Of a stretch of 64,000 bases of DNA, positions 49,398 through 63,134 are shown piece by piece. The position numbers were made by a program, and so were the translations under genes. This DNA comes from Callorhinchus milii (lineage: Eukaryota), in the NCBI RefSeq assembly GCF_018977255.1, contig NW_024704743.1:4094001-4158000 (forward strand). The letters run 5' to 3'. The notes under the pieces are model-generated. The model did not search any database. It had not been told where the DNA came from and saw only the letters and a list, made by a program, of their open reading frames with translations. The number at the start of each line of letters is the position of its first letter. Position 1 is the stretch's first letter.

Positions 49398-51692
49398 ACT
49401 ATGTCCTGATCAACGATCCCCCAATAAAATTGGGCGCTCGCTTTAGGTCTGCTTGTGGAACATTGGCTGCGTTTGTGCAACAAAATGCAGTCACTGCACT
49501 TCAGGGCAAACCTTGCGAAGCACTTTGAGTCATCGTGCCTTATATCAAATGCAAGGATTATTATGTTTTGTTAAAAATGCAGCAATTAGGGACGGAGCTC
49601 ATGGTGACCAGTTAAGCATATAATTCGGGTGGTAGAAAGTGATTGAGGATATCCACGGCAGATAACATACCATCCCGTATTCGATTGATTCTCCTGGAGG
49701 CAAAGATTTTGCTTCTAATAGCGTAATTGGCCACAACATCCAGCTCCTGGGTGAGGGAGGGAGGGAGGGGGGTAGGGGGGAAATATTTTGGCCAGTGTTA
49801 TTTTTATAACTGTAAAGTGACGGTCATTACTGCATTAGAGCATTTACCTTGACCTCATTGACTCTCATCAGCTCAAGCCGTCGTGGGTCACTCAGCACAG
49901 TTTAAAGAGCGTAACCTCAGGTTTGAAGTGGTTTGTCCATCAGCCTCCCTCCCTCCCTCCTTCCCTCCCTCCCTCCCTCCCCCTCTTCCTCTCCGGCAGC
50001 AGGAATCCCGTTGTTGGCTTGACGTCTTTTGACAGCTCTCCACAAAAGCAGCCGAACAAACAGCCTTAACACGCGGAACGGGAGTAAGCCGCCTAATTAC
50101 GTCTTCAAGCATAGTCTTAAAATGACACAGTTCCCAAACCATAACGCAGTCGGAGTCACAGCACCTCGCAGCGATCCGTCCGGACGACAACAGCCCCAAA
50201 TCCGATCTGTAAGGAAAATTGCAGACCCTTCGCGGGGGACATGAGCATGTTTCAGCGATATTATTGACTTGCTTGCCAGACTTTGGCTGAATCGAAGCCT
50301 CAGGAATCCTTTATGGTCTTAAGTGACATTCGCATAATTTGTGTAAATTTGACTTATCTGTGAAGCCCACTTTCTTTCAGAAGCCACGGAATGGGTTTTA
50401 ATGAATCACATCAGCACGTGTCTCCACTTCCAGATTTGTGCTGTTGGGCAGGACGAGGAGGAAATGACTCCTACATCTCTGGGTTGAGCTTGTGCTTGTA
50501 TTTAATAATAATAATCATAAAAATCCTTGCATTTGACGCAGCCGCTTCGTCTCAGGAGGACGTCTCAAAGCGCTTCACAGGAGATACTGTGAAGTGGAGC
50601 GACTGTGTATTTTTTTTTGCTCGGTGCAACTAAGAAAGTAGTCCCTGGCTATGGGAATCCGACCATTTAATTTGCTTGAGTGTTTATTTTGCTTTGTTCC
50701 TTTTGCGGGGGGGGGGGGGGGAGAGAGGAGGGTAAAAAAATCAGTCTGGCTCGGATATTTACGAGCTTGGTGATGGGTCTCCCCACGTGTCGCAAAAACT
50801 AAATCGGTGTAAAAGGCACCAAAGAGACACTTCAGCTGTGGGCAAATTGGCTGCCAAAAAAAAAAAAAATGTGGTCACTCAACCCGCGACTGTTTGTGGG
50901 ACGCTGCTGTGCGCAATTGGCTGCCGCCTTTCGCCCACGAAACCACAGAGTCAATCCACTCTAAAGTACATCCTGCGAAGCGCTTTGAGACATCTCGGCG
51001 ACGTGATCAAGCGCTGCATCAAATGCGAAGATTATTATCATCATCAGAAATTATCATGTCAAGTCGAAAGCAGCGGGAACGTTCAGCAATCTAAAATCCC
51101 AATAGCCAATCCCGTGATCCAGACACCTCTGTTGCTCCCTTCCCCAGTTCTGTCATTCCTTTCCAATTGACTGACTGGCTCCTTTTATATTCTGTCCTGG
51201 ATTTTCTATTACTGGCTCGCGTAGGTCTGTAGGGACCCTCGCCTTGGATAGATAATAGATCTTTCCTAACAGATGAACTGTAACAGTTCGTGTACCTGTG
51301 GGGAGAGAAACAACAAGCCTTGTCTCTATGAGGTGGTGTTTTTTCCTCCTGAAAGAGCAGTGGAAGGTTTGATTACGAGTTAGCCAGTCTAGTGATTTGA
51401 AAATAATTGCATTCTTTTTTGACAATGATATGAAATATGACTATTCCGTAAAACACTGCATGTAACAAGGATGGATCTCCTTCAGTGCCACACTGGAAAC
51501 GCTTGAAAGATAGTTCTGAGGCTCAGATTAATAACTCAAGAGAGGCTGAACGCTAATTATAGATATTCGGGCTGTTTTTACTCTATTACTTTTTCTTGAA
51601 AAAAAACATGTTGCTTTTCTCATCGATTTTCCTGGTTGTGTACGTTTTTTTTCTTGCTCCTTTTTTTTTTACACTGCACAGTTTGTGTCAGC

Positions 51693-52122
51693 GGGTACCG
51701 GCCTGGCTCAGTCGATAGCGCTTTCGCCTCTGCGGTCAGAAGGCTGAGGGTTCAATCCCCACATCGGGACTTTGAACTCACAGCCCTGGCTGACGCTCTA
51801 CCACATCTGCAAAATGCTATCCTTTCCGATCAAGTGTTAAACCGAGGTCCCACCTGCCTGTTAATCTGAGCCTCAGAACTATCTTGGAAATTAAAGGTCC
51901 CGTGGCACTATTCGAATAGAGAAGGGACTGGCCAACAATGGTCCAGATAAAATCGGCCGTTAATTTCATGGGCGGTGTGCGGGGGAACCCTGCTGTGTGG
52001 AATCGGTTGCCGCATTCGCCCGCAAATTATAGCCACTGCCACACCTCACAGCGAATCCTCGAAGCACTTTGAGACGTCCTCCCCACATGAAAGTCACCAG
52101 ATCAGATACGAGGATTGTTATT
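51693..52122 (+). mobile_element. Old Deu-domain SINE, near full length
   Basis: A box tggctcagtcgatagc, B box gggttcaatccc, core gtgttaaaccgaggtccc...aaaggtcccgtggcactattcgaa, then the tail. Confidence 0.8.
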
Positions 52123-52619
52123 AGAATTTATCGACCATTCCTTTCTTTCCCCCTCCGCCACATGTTTGTTTTGTTTAATACCCTTAGTTTTTCAACCCTC
52201 TAACCCCATTTTGAGTCAAAGCAGGTCTTAACTACATTGCGTTCTCCAAGTCACGTAGCTATAGAGTGACTCATTAATGTCCACTGTAACATCATGTGTA
52301 AACCACCTCTAAAGACGGCCATATTTTACCTCAAGACCTACCTCTTTGATTATACTTTCTGGCATTTTTCCCCACCCCCCCCCCACCTCTCCCCCCGGCT
52401 TCCACATACCCCTCTTGCGTACGCAGCCAGCACCGTTAAGTGGTTTGAAACATGCTCCTGATGTGAGAGGAATTATATAAATGTAAATTTATATCGAACT
52501 GTAGGCAGTGCGTATCCCTCTGGGAGAGAAAGAGAGAGACAGAGACAATGCATATATTCATTCCAGGAAACACGGGGAAATTTCCATGTGTAGGTGGTGT
52601 GTCCTCCAGATTCATTTGT

Positions 52620-52947
52620 GGAGTCCTGTAGCTCAGTGGTTAGAGCACTCGCCTCGCAAGCGTTTGATTCCCGGGCAGGGCGAAACTTTGGGCAAGTTTC
52701 CTTACTCCACACGCCTCTGTTTACCCAGCAGTAAGTAGGAACCCGGTTGTTAGTGGATTGTCGGATCATTTTTCCGGGGGTATTAATTCCTTCAAAGTAA
52801 ATAAAAATTATTCGGTCACTCAATCCATGACTGTTTGCGGGACACTGCTGTGCGCAATTGGCTGCCACATTTCTCCCAGTCAAATCACTTTAAGGTACAT
52901 TCCACGAAGCGCTTTGAGAACGTCTCGAAGACGTGATCATTACTATT
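52620..52947 (+). mobile_element. Young tRNA(Ala)-derived SINE, long-body variant
   Basis: GGAGTCCTGTAGCTCAGTGGTTAGAGCACTCGCCTCGCAAGCG head with a small deletion before the B box, then the body and a truncated tail. Confidence 0.92.
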
Positions 52948-54305
52948 ACACACACATATATATATATAATATATAAATGGAACTCTCAGTCTGGGGTTTG
53001 GATACTCTCAAGCACGATTGATGATGGTTTCCTCCCGTGTCAGACACCCGGCTGACCGAAAAGTAATCAGAAATTCTGATTTATAGAGGTCAAAATGAGT
53101 ACCTGAAACATTGAATACAGTATATTAAGTATTTCTAGTATAAACACCTGCCCAGATGTTTTGGCGGCGGGGGGGGGGGGGCTATTATTTTGCCTGACAT
53201 GTTGTTATAGATGACAATCTTGTTCAGCTCCTCTGTTTGGATGATTGTTACAGTGGCCTCTTGTCCCTCTTATAACTTGACATGTTTTTCCTCATCTCCT
53301 GCCTGGTTAGTGCCACGGACTGACCTCTCTGCGACTTTCTCAAGCTGACGGAAGGAAGGCTCTTTGGCTCGGGATACCCACAAGCCATCCCCATTCAGGG
53401 AGTCGTCCAAAATTGACCCTTTCGATGCCAATGTCATCATCGATCCCCGAGGCCCTGAGCTTTTCGCACTCACAAAAATAATTATAATTCGGTCACTTCA
53501 ATCCACAGCTGTTGGCGGGGGAACTGCCGTGCGCAATTCACTGCCGCGTTTCGCCCACGAAATACACAGTCGATTCACGTTACAGCATATTCTGTGAAGC
53601 GCTCTGAGACGTCTCGAAGACGTAACAGGCGCTCTATCAAGTGCAAGGATTATTATTATTATATTTACATCCCTCCATTCACCAGCACTTCCCTATCTTT
53701 CTTATCTGCTCACACCCCACTCCTCCCTTCCACTCAGATAGCATCGATTGTCACCCTTTGAATGAAACTTTAAACTGAGACCCTGTCTGCCTGTTCAGGT
53801 GACATTAAAGATTCCATGGCTCGATTCAAAACAAGGAGAGGAGTTTCTCCCAGTGTCCCTTTTTGTATTGTATTGTATTGTATCGTCCTGGCCAACATAT
53901 TCCCCCCAAATAAGTTTGGTCACTCACACCATGGTTGCTTGCTGTGTGCAATTGGGGCTGCCATGTTCAGCCTCAAATACACAGTGCCTACACCTTGCAG
54001 TGTATCCCGGGAAGCACTTTGAGATGTCCTCCCGATGTTCGTTTGCTGGCAAATGCAAGGATTATTATTGTGATTCCTCCCCTCTTGTGAATACGCTAGC
54101 ACCAGCTCAATGGGCCAAATGTTGAGACTGTGACACCCTGAGTCACTGCAGACTTTATAAGGCATCCTCCTGATCGTGTGAGCCTCGATTTTAAAAAAAG
54201 CGCAGATTCTTACTTATTATTATTCTGCAGTGCTGAGATGAGATTAGTTTAACCAATGCATCCATCCTTTGGATGAGATGTTAAACCAAGGTCCCATTTG
54301 CCTGT

Positions 54306-55097
54306 TAATAATAATAATCCTTGCATTTGATACGGCGCTTTTCACGTCTTCCCGACGTCTCAAAGCGCTTCACAGAATATACTGTAAAGTGAATTGACCC
54401 TATACTTGTGGGTGAAACGCGGCAACCGATTGCGCACGGCAGTGTCCCCACAAACAGCCGTGGATTGGAAATGACCAATTTATTATTGTTTTGTTTTGGA
54501 AGGATTATTATTAGGCTCTGTGTGGAGTAAAGAAACTTGCCCGAGGTTCATTCGTCCATCCGTCTGTCTGTCTCTTTGACCGTGCCTTCAGCTCCCCTCT
54601 CGACTCTCTTCCCCCTCCTCGCTCCCTCCCTTCCCTCCCCTCACCCTGACCATTTCCCCCCTCCTCGCTCCCTCCCCTCCCCTCACCCTGACCATTTCCC
54701 CCTCCTCGCTCCCTCCTTTCCCTCCCCTCACCCTGACCATTTCCCCCCTCCTCGCTCCCTCCCTTCCCTCCCCTCACCCTGACCATTTCCCCCTCCTCGC
54801 TCCCTCCCTTCCCTCCCCTCACCCTGACCATTTCCCCCCTGCTCGGGTCATGACCCAACTGTGCAGCGCCTTGGGACGTCCTCCTGACGTGAAAGGCGCT
54901 TTATAAATGGAATCTTGTTGTTGTTGTTGTCTGTCTGGCGGAGGTACATGAAGCAGGTTAGGGAGTGGCCAGGGGAGAAGAGTAGTCAGAGGTAGGTTGG
55001 GGCGTTTTTACTAACTCCGCTTAATTACTTGCCAGGAATTGAACCCAGGTGTCTCGCTCGCAAGGCGAGTGCTCTAACCACTGAGCTGCAGGACTCC
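54306..55097 (-). mobile_element. Short-body SINE split by a ~480-bp composite insertion (54549-55030)
   Basis: SINE sequence stops at ...gaaacttgcccgaggtt (54548) and resumes at gccaggaattgaacccagg (55031), running to ggactcc (55097). Confidence 0.9.
54571..54930 (+). mobile_element. Young L2 LINE 3' end with 5 copies of the ~45-bp 3'UTR unit
   Basis: Same 3'UTR, stem-loop and (TTG)n tail as 35947-36228. Confidence 0.92.
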
Positions 55098-55947
55098 TGT
55101 TCAGGTGAATGGTAAAGATCCCACGGGACCATTCACTTCAAGGTTGCTTGTGGTCATTCATTTTATGGCTACTTGTGGGACACTGCTGCGTGCAATTGAG
55201 CTGCCATGATCGCCCTTCAACACACAGTCCCTGCACGTTGCGACCACAAAATATGCAGTCAATTCACTTTACAGTATGATCTGTGAAATACTAAAAGGTC
55301 TTCTTATTGGCTTGGTAACCTCATTAGATGATTATTATCCTAGCAAGGAGCTGTCAAAAGAAATATTAATATACGATTTGCATATTAATAACTAGGGCAA
55401 TCATTATGGTGGCCACACAAGTGGAAAATAATGCAAATGTCTTGGCACAGTTAAGGGTCTCACCCCTATTGCTGTATAATAGAGACTGAAGCATGTACTA
55501 AATAGTCTCTCCTGTGCTGCGGAGCTCCGAGGTATTGGCTAAGCTGTTCTCTTATGCCCAGAAGAGAGTCGAAATAACACATTACAGGCTCATCAGTGAG
55601 TACCTTCGCGTCTGAACTTATAAATGTGACTACTTTATTTCTCTTTTGCTCCTCATTATCAAACGTAGATAACATCAACGAGTCTAGGATGCTATTCGCA
55701 AAAGGAGGGCCATTTGTCCCTGTGTCCTGGCCAACAATCCTCCAAGTTAATTGGTCATTCATCTCATTCATCTCACGGCTGTTTGTGGAAACCTTGCCAG
55801 TCCGAATGGCTGTCACTTTTGTCTGCATAAAACAGCCGAAGCCCATGACAGCAATTTTATGGTGTAAAGGATTTTGAGACATATCAGTGGGATTGAAAAA
55901 GTAAACCCGGATCAACACTTTACGGGGCGACAAGACAGTAGAAGAAG

Positions 55948-56175
55948 TCATGGGTTTTGAGTTGTGAAGGGTAATTTCAAGACAGATACCAGGAAGTTTT
56001 CTTTAGGCGGAGGATCAATGGACTGTTGGAACGGGTTGCCAGCAAAGGTGGTAGAAGCCAGGACATTGCACCCAGTTGAAAAGCAGCTTGATGCTGTGAT
56101 GGGAGGGATGGTATCGTTGGTGTTTAGGAGGGATGAGATCAGATGAGCCTTATCCAGACCAACCATAATCTTGTG
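55948..56175 (+). mobile_element. CR1-like LINE 3' fragment
   Basis: Peptide KGNFKTDTRKFSL...DCWNGLPAKVVEARTL...KQLD. Confidence 0.75.
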
Positions 56176-57609
56176 ATAAGGCGCTACAAAATTTAGGGCA
56201 TATTCAGTGTCATCTATATTCCCATGTACAGCGTGGGCAAAGTCAAGAAATTAAATAACGCATTGTGCGTTCTGAAAATAATAGACATAAGATTTAAACC
56301 TCCGGCAATATAAAAATTCGTGAAAAATAGAAATAATAATAATCCTTGCATTTGATATAGCGCCTTATCGCTTTTTTGAGACGTCTCAAAGGGCTTCACA
56401 GAATACATTGTAAAGTGAATTAACTGTACAAGTTGTTGGGTACACATATTCATTCTTTGATTTAGGGCCATTATTGATTTATAATAATAATAATCCTTGC
56501 ATTTGATATTGCGCCTTATCGTGTCAGTGAGACGTCTCAAAGCGCTTCACAGAATAAATTGCAAAGTGAACTGACTGTGCATTTTGTCCCGCAAATGCAG
56601 AATTGGCTGCCGCGTTTCACGAAGGTGGAATGAGACGTAGATTTTACAAGTATGGAACGGGACTAAAATCAGCGAATAAATCAACAAGCACATTCCAGAA
56701 AGCGCTTTTGCGGAGTCCGTAAATAATGGATCAGTGACCGCATTCCGAAATCCGGCAATCGATAGCAGTAATGGGCCGTTCCTCACACCAGTCAACCCAC
56801 CCAATGGCCGATTTGAACTGTACTGATAGGCAAATGTATACGTTACAGCACATTTCACATGAGTTAGTCCCACGTTGTGGGTTGCGTTGGTTAGCTGCTC
56901 AGCCTACCGATGGTCCTGCCGGCAAGCGTGTCTGTCAACGGCACAACATTGCAACTTTTGCAATATTTTGCAATGTGTGATGCGGGTTGCAACGGTGGTT
57001 TGTTGATGGGCATAAGATTTTGCGAGTTAACGCGAAATTGACCCGAGGAGATGGGTTGAGAGTTTCGGTGGGAGTGAAGCAATAATGAATTCAAATCGTT
57101 AGTTCGATGAGCGTCTGTCGATGTTCAAAATGTATGCCTTGATTTAATACATTTGAATTCTTTCTAGAAATCATCTCCTCTCGCCCCCCCCACTCCGTGC
57201 TCCTGTTCCACCATGATCACTTTTGCTCCCAGTCTTGGTGTCAGCATTTTGCTGTCGTTTCTTAACCTGAGCTGTTTCCCCTTCCTTCCCCCTCCTTGTC
57301 CATCTACATCTGGAGACCTTCCTCTGCGATCATGCGTACGGTCACCTCCCCTCTCTCCCTGGCTCATCGTCAAGCTCTGCTATTGTTAAGCGCTCCTGTG
57401 TGAAAGTGCTATAGCAATGCACGTTGTTGTGGTTCGGTAAAAGGTTATGAGGGAAAAGGCAGGAGAGAACGGATAGGTATTTCAGAAAGCCAGCACAGGT
57501 TCTGTGGTCTTCGTATGTGCTATAAATTTCTATGGCTCTAAGGAAGGCAGGATATTATAGCTGCGATTACAGAGATAGGCTTGTGTGCCCCATTCTGCTT
57601 TGAGATGAC

Positions 57610-57948
57610 AATAAAAATAATAATAATAATAATCCTTGCATTTGATATAGTCTTCTAGACGTCGAAAAAGCGCTTCACAGAATATACTGTAAAGTGAATT
57701 GACTGTACATTTGTGGACGAAACGCGGCAGCCAATTGCGCACAGCAGTGTATTTTTATTTTTTGAAGGATTGTTAGCCCCAGAAAAGCCATCCGCCAATC
57801 GACTAACAACGGGTTCCTATTAACCGGCTAGGTAAACAGAGGCGTGTGGAGTAAGGAAATTTGCCCAACGCTTTGCCCTGCCCGGGAATCGAACCCAGGA
57901 CCTCTCGCTTGCGAGGCGAGTGCATTAACCAGTAAGCTACAGGACTCC
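57610..57948 (-). mobile_element. Young tRNA-derived SINE, long-body variant, full length
   Basis: Head ends at aggactcc (57948). Body and tail match the family. Confidence 0.92.
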
Positions 57949-58664
57949 GATCCTATCAAGTGCCAATCGCTCAATGAGTTTCAAGTGGTTTTCAAAGGTT
58001 GGCAGCTCTTTGATTTATTTCCACGTCCCAGCTTTTCCTCCAAATCCTTTATTGCCCTTACTTTTAGTCTGTCTGTCTTGTCCGTCTGTCTTGTCCGTCT
58101 GCCTGTCTTGGCTGTCCGTTCATTCGTCCATCTGTCTGTCTGTCTGTCTGTCTGGCGGAGGGAGGTACACGAAGCAGGTTAGGGAGTGGCCAGGGGGAGA
58201 AGAGTAGTCAGAGAGGTAGGTTGGGGCGTTTTTACTAACTCTGCTTAATTACTTCTTAATTTTTGAAACACCAACTGCCTCTGTTGAAATAGTTGCAAAC
58301 GTACATCGAGTGCCTCTACCCTGAACTGGCCTTAAATATGCCAATCACTGAGGTTAGGGATTCTCTTCCCGCAGCTCCTGTGAATCCCACAAGCCGAAGT
58401 CCGAATTGCTAGGTTGGTCTTTGCCGGACAAGCAGGGGGGACGCTTGCCAGACAGTGCTCTCGATGACATGTTATGCGGCTTTAGGTGGTTGAATTCCAA
58501 CACAGTGCCCCAACGCTCACTCTGGGGTCCCCAAAACATCGTCTCTGGCCAACCTGCTGCTCATACTCTCCGGCATTTTGTAACGGCGGAGTGCGTCCTT
58601 CTGGGGAGAGAGTGCGTATTCCTCGGGAATTTCCACGAGTGGGTGGCAAACACACATGGAACAT

Positions 58665-59020
58665 TCCTGTGGCTCAGTGGTTAGAGAAATCGCCTCGCAA
58701 GCGAGAGGACCTGGGTTCGATTCCCGGCCAGGGCGAAATACTGGGCAAGTTTCCTTGCTCCACACCCTTGTGTTTCCCGAGCAGTAAGTAGGAACCCGGT
58801 TGTTAGTCGATTGGCGGATTGCTTTTTTGGGGGTAATAATTCCTTCCCCAAAAAAATAATAAATTGGTCACTCAATCCATGACTGTTTTTGTGGGACACT
58901 GCTGTGCGCAATTGGCTGCCGCATTTCATTTTACGGTATATTCTGTGAGGCGCTTTGAGACGTCTCGAAGACGTGATGAGGCGCTATATCAAATGCAAGG
59001 ATTATTTTTATTATTATTAT
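58665..59020 (+). mobile_element. Young tRNA-derived SINE, long-body variant, near full length
   Basis: tcctgtggctcagtggttagag (A box), gggttcgattccc (B box), body, tail and (TAT)n. Confidence 0.92.
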
Positions 59021-61094
59021 GGTTTGGATACTCTCAGGCACGGTGATGGATTTCCACGGGTGCGGCTGACCAAAAGAAAAAAAATCCTCCTCCTAAAACA
59101 GCGATTAATATGTGTATTTGTTCAGCCACAACTCTTCGGTGTCTTATTCCTGTGGTGCAAAAAGGCCGCATTCCCTGAGACTGAAAATTGCTTCATTGTT
59201 TTAAATTATTCAACACCCGTAGACAGCCTCAGATATACTCCCTGCGGGGGAAAAGGCATTTGAGCTCAAAGAGCAGTAGAAAATTTCCTTGTTGACATTT
59301 GTTAATCTGCACAATATTGACTTTGAGAAGAGTTGGGTGAAATTGGCAGTGGCATTCTACATTACCTTCGCAATAAAATCCAGAAATGAACCGTGAGGGT
59401 TCACTTAAAGTCATGAAACCAAATAATTTCTTCCTTAAGGACCGATGAGAGTAAACGCAGTGGCAAGATGTGTTGACAATTTGTAAACAGCACCTAAAAC
59501 GTTATTTCTGTCAACCTGGGTTCAGTCACGAGATCCGTTCTTGGTAAACCCGAGAGAGGGACTGAGGGTCAGTTAGTTTCAAATTGGAAAGGATGAGCTG
59601 ATCTGTAAAGGGCTGAGCCGGAGGAAATTCCATCAACGTTCCTACAATTCTGCTGCTGTGGTTATGGGGAACTCATTCCTGTGTCTTTTCTCACATTAAT
59701 GTGAGATCCAGGCACCTGAGACCACACGCTGTCAACTGCACGAGGTCGATGGAGTCAGACCACAATTAACTCTTCCCACCGGCCTTCCAAAATCTATGAT
59801 AATAAGCCTTCATAGAATCTCACAGCGCAGAAAGATGTCATTCATGCTTGTGTCGGCTCTTGGAAAGAGCTATCCAACTAGTCCCACTCCCTCACCCCAC
59901 TCATCCCCCCATAGCCCTGCGCATTTTTCCTTTCCGAGTAGTAATCGAATAGTATCTTGTAATCAAGTGATAATCGAATAATAGCTATTACTTGAGAAGG
60001 AAAAAAAAATCAAATTTCAAGTAAAATTCAAATAATAATGCTTGAATTTGGTACAACGCCTTATCGCGGCGTCGAGACAGCTTAAAGCGCTTTGCGGGAC
60101 TTTACAGTAAAGTGTGTATTTCGTAGGCGAACACGACAGCTAATTTGCAGACAGCGCTGGCCCGCAAACAGCAACAGCCTTGACCGATGGATTGTTGGCC
60201 AAGACAACCCCGCAAGGCAAAGGCGTTGTAAAGTGTAGTGACTGTGTGTATTCTGTTCACCCCAAAACACACACAGTCACTGCACTTCACAGTAAGGTCA
60301 TGTGAAGCGCTTTACGGTAACCCCGACGGCGCGATGAGGGGCTGTACCAAATGCGAGGAAATTGGCTGCCGCATTCGCCTACAAACTACACTCTCACTAC
60401 ACTTTACCGTATATCCTGTGCGGCACTTTGAGACATCCTCCCAACGTGAAAGGCGCTATAACAATCGTAAGAATTATTTAGCAGTTACTTAACCCTAGGT
60501 TGCCCGCAAAACATACAGTCACTCCAGTTTACAATCTGTCCTGGGAAGCGCTTTGGGACATCTTCTTGACGTGAAAGGCGCTACATCACATGCAAAGATT
60601 ATTGTTATTTTTATTGGCACTTCTGAGTTTGCAGCAGTGATTAATGGCCTTTCTGCTCCAACTTGTAATCACAGGTACCCGTGTAGATGGGATATGCACT
60701 GTATATTTACTGATCAATACAACAGTATTGATAGGAGGTACATCAGTCCTGCCTATAAAGGCAAGTCCGAGTTGAAAGCGCATTGATCGCTAGATCCCAA
60801 GTCAATTGATGACAATAAAGTGACTCTTTTTGTTAATCTGGTGGAAATGGGCTCCAAAATGTGACAATTTGATGAAAATGTTTTTTTTTTCTTAAAAGAG
60901 CCAAGTATTTGCGGTGAGCATTGAAGCGAATTAGCAGAGTGTAAACCGGAATCTTTCGTTTCATTAATCACTGATTGTGCAGTTTGCAAAAACAAAATAT
61001 ATGTATATTCTTTTAACTGTCTTTATCATTGGGAAATCCCATTCATTTTACAATAACAACTTGCATTTACACAGCAGGCTAGTGTTTCGAAGCG

Positions 61095-61712
61095 CTTAAC
61101 AGTGGCTGGCAGGGCCTAACCGGGATTCAGGTGGAAGGCTTTGTGAAGGAGGAGAGGGAGATGAAGAATTGGTCACAGATGACCTTGACCGTGATGGACA
61201 GATCGGAGATGTCAAGGCCCTAGATAATGGCGAGGGTGAGGAGGTGACCACAGTCGTGGGTCGAGGGGTTTGTGGTGGAGCGTGAGGTTTAAGGGAGGTC
61301 AGGAGAGCAGCGAAACCAGAGGAGATGGGCAGAAGGAGGTGATGGTTGAAGTTAAGCATTATGAGAAGGCATTCAGGGCAGTGGCAGAGCAATGAGAGGA
61401 GATATCCGAGCCAGGTGGCTTGCGAGGACGGATTTTGAAGAAGAGGAAAGAGGGACAGGACAGGGTGAGGTGTTCAAAGGAGGGGGAGGAACCAGGGGAA
61501 TAAGAAGATAAACCAAGAGAGGTTTGGGAGATAAGGGCCATCCCACCACCACATCGGTCGGGGCAGAGGGTGTGGTGAAAAGTGTAACCAGGCGAGGAGG
61601 CTTCGATGAGGGGGATGGGGTCAGCACGGGAACAGGTTTCTGTGGGCCCAAAGACATCAATGGACACACCCAGGATGAAATTGTGGATAGTGAGAGCAAA
61701 CCATTCACTGCA
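61095..61712 (-). mobile_element. Decayed L2 ORF2 N-terminal (APE endonuclease) fragment
   Basis: Frameshifted peptides TETC, PGYTFHHTLCPDRCGGGMALIS, SFEHL and LIMLNFNHHL resemble the APE motifs ETW, PGY..., RGGGVA and GDFN.H. Confidence 0.75.
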
Positions 61713-61723
61713 TGGTCGTTTAT

Positions 61724-61996
61724 AATAACAACAATCCTTGCATTCGATACGGCGCCTTATCACGTCTTCGAGACGTCTCAAAACGCTTCACAGAATATAC
61801 GGTAAAGTAAATTGACTGTAGTACTTTGTGGGCGAAACGCACAGCAGCGTCCCCACAAGCAGTTGTGGATTGAGTGACCAATTTTTTTTTTTTTAAGGAA
61901 CTATTACCCCCGGAAAAGCGATCCCCCGATCCACTAACAACTGCTAAGTAAACAAAAGCGTGTGGAGAAAGGAAACTTGCCCAAAGTTTCGCCCTA
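61724..61996 (-). mobile_element. tRNA-derived SINE, long-body variant lacking its head
   Basis: Tail and body match the family and end at gtttcgcccta. Confidence 0.85.
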
Positions 61997-63134
61997 TGAA
62001 AGTGTTTATTATTATTATTTATGAAATGGCTGCCTCGTTTTCCTACAAAAACAGTCACTACGCTTGACAATAATTACACGTAAAGAGACGGTTGGAGGTG
62101 TCTGATGCATAACCAGCTCAAACCGCACAGGTTGCCCTTGATGTCACCGCCTGGAAGCTCTCCCCGCTACTTAATTAGCAAGAACAACCCAGCTGTTAAG
62201 GCTTCGGCTTGCAGGGTTAACAGGAGCTGAGCGGGAAGAATCTCTACCCGCAATCTGCGCCTCGAAGCCCTAGAGATGATCCAAGGTCACCAGCGGTGTC
62301 CTGGAGCACCGCAGACGCCGCCCGGCTCAGGAACCAGATGACCGAGACTGCCACATTCTGTTGCCAAAGCAAGTCACCTTGGAGGCCGTTCAACCCCAAA
62401 GGAGATCCCACTAACCTTCTGCTCCCCCTCTCCCCATGGGAATAATTCTCCTGTTAAATGAACTAAGTTAATAAAAATCCTAGCGTTTGACCCAGTGCCT
62501 TTCATTTCGGGAGGAGGACACCTCAAAACCACTTTAAAGGATATATTGTTAAGTGTAGTGACTGTGTATTTTGTGGCGCGCTACCAAGATATTTGTCTTG
62601 GAACTGAACAGATTCGAGGTAAGTCTCTACTTTCGCTCAATGCAGTTATGATATTCCTTTATGTTTTGTTCTTTTCTTAGCCGAGTTTAGCCAATTCATT
62701 TGTTAAATAAATGTTGCGTGATGCGAGACATCAAATGAAATTAATATTGTGCAGTCTCTTTGAATCAGAGGTATCCTTTAATGTAAATTGAATTGTTTTA
62801 AAAGTTCAAACATTAAATAAACCATCTAAAAGGCATCAGCTTTCGCATCATTATGAAGGATAATGAAGCTCTATAGCTAAGCGACTCACAGCAGAGACTT
62901 ATTTTAAAGAAAGAACTTTGCAGTAAATCCTGTGAAGCGCTTTGAGATGTCGTCCTGGCATGAAAGGGGCTATATCAGATGTGAGAATTATTATTATTCA
63001 CTTGCATTTTTTTTAACGGCTTACCATTTGCCATTTTTAGAATGCCTTTTATAACGCCTTATCACTTCGAAACTTCTCACGGCACTTCACAGGCAAAGCA
63101 CTTCAAGAATTTTTACAGCGTTGCCAAATTGTTT

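Noticed and set aside
52620..52690. tRNA-Ala genes
   Set aside because: The A/B boxes and anticodon arm are SINE heads. They lack a proper acceptor stem and continue into SINE body.
54611..54833. CRISPR-like array (also considered for 47476-47890)
   Set aside because: The units are head-to-tail with no unique spacers, no cas genes are present, and the context is vertebrate intron.
59689..59706. Perfect 18-bp palindrome TCTCACATTAATGTGAGA
   Set aside because: About 0.25 such palindromes are expected by chance in 64 kb (64000/4^9), and nothing in the context supports a function.
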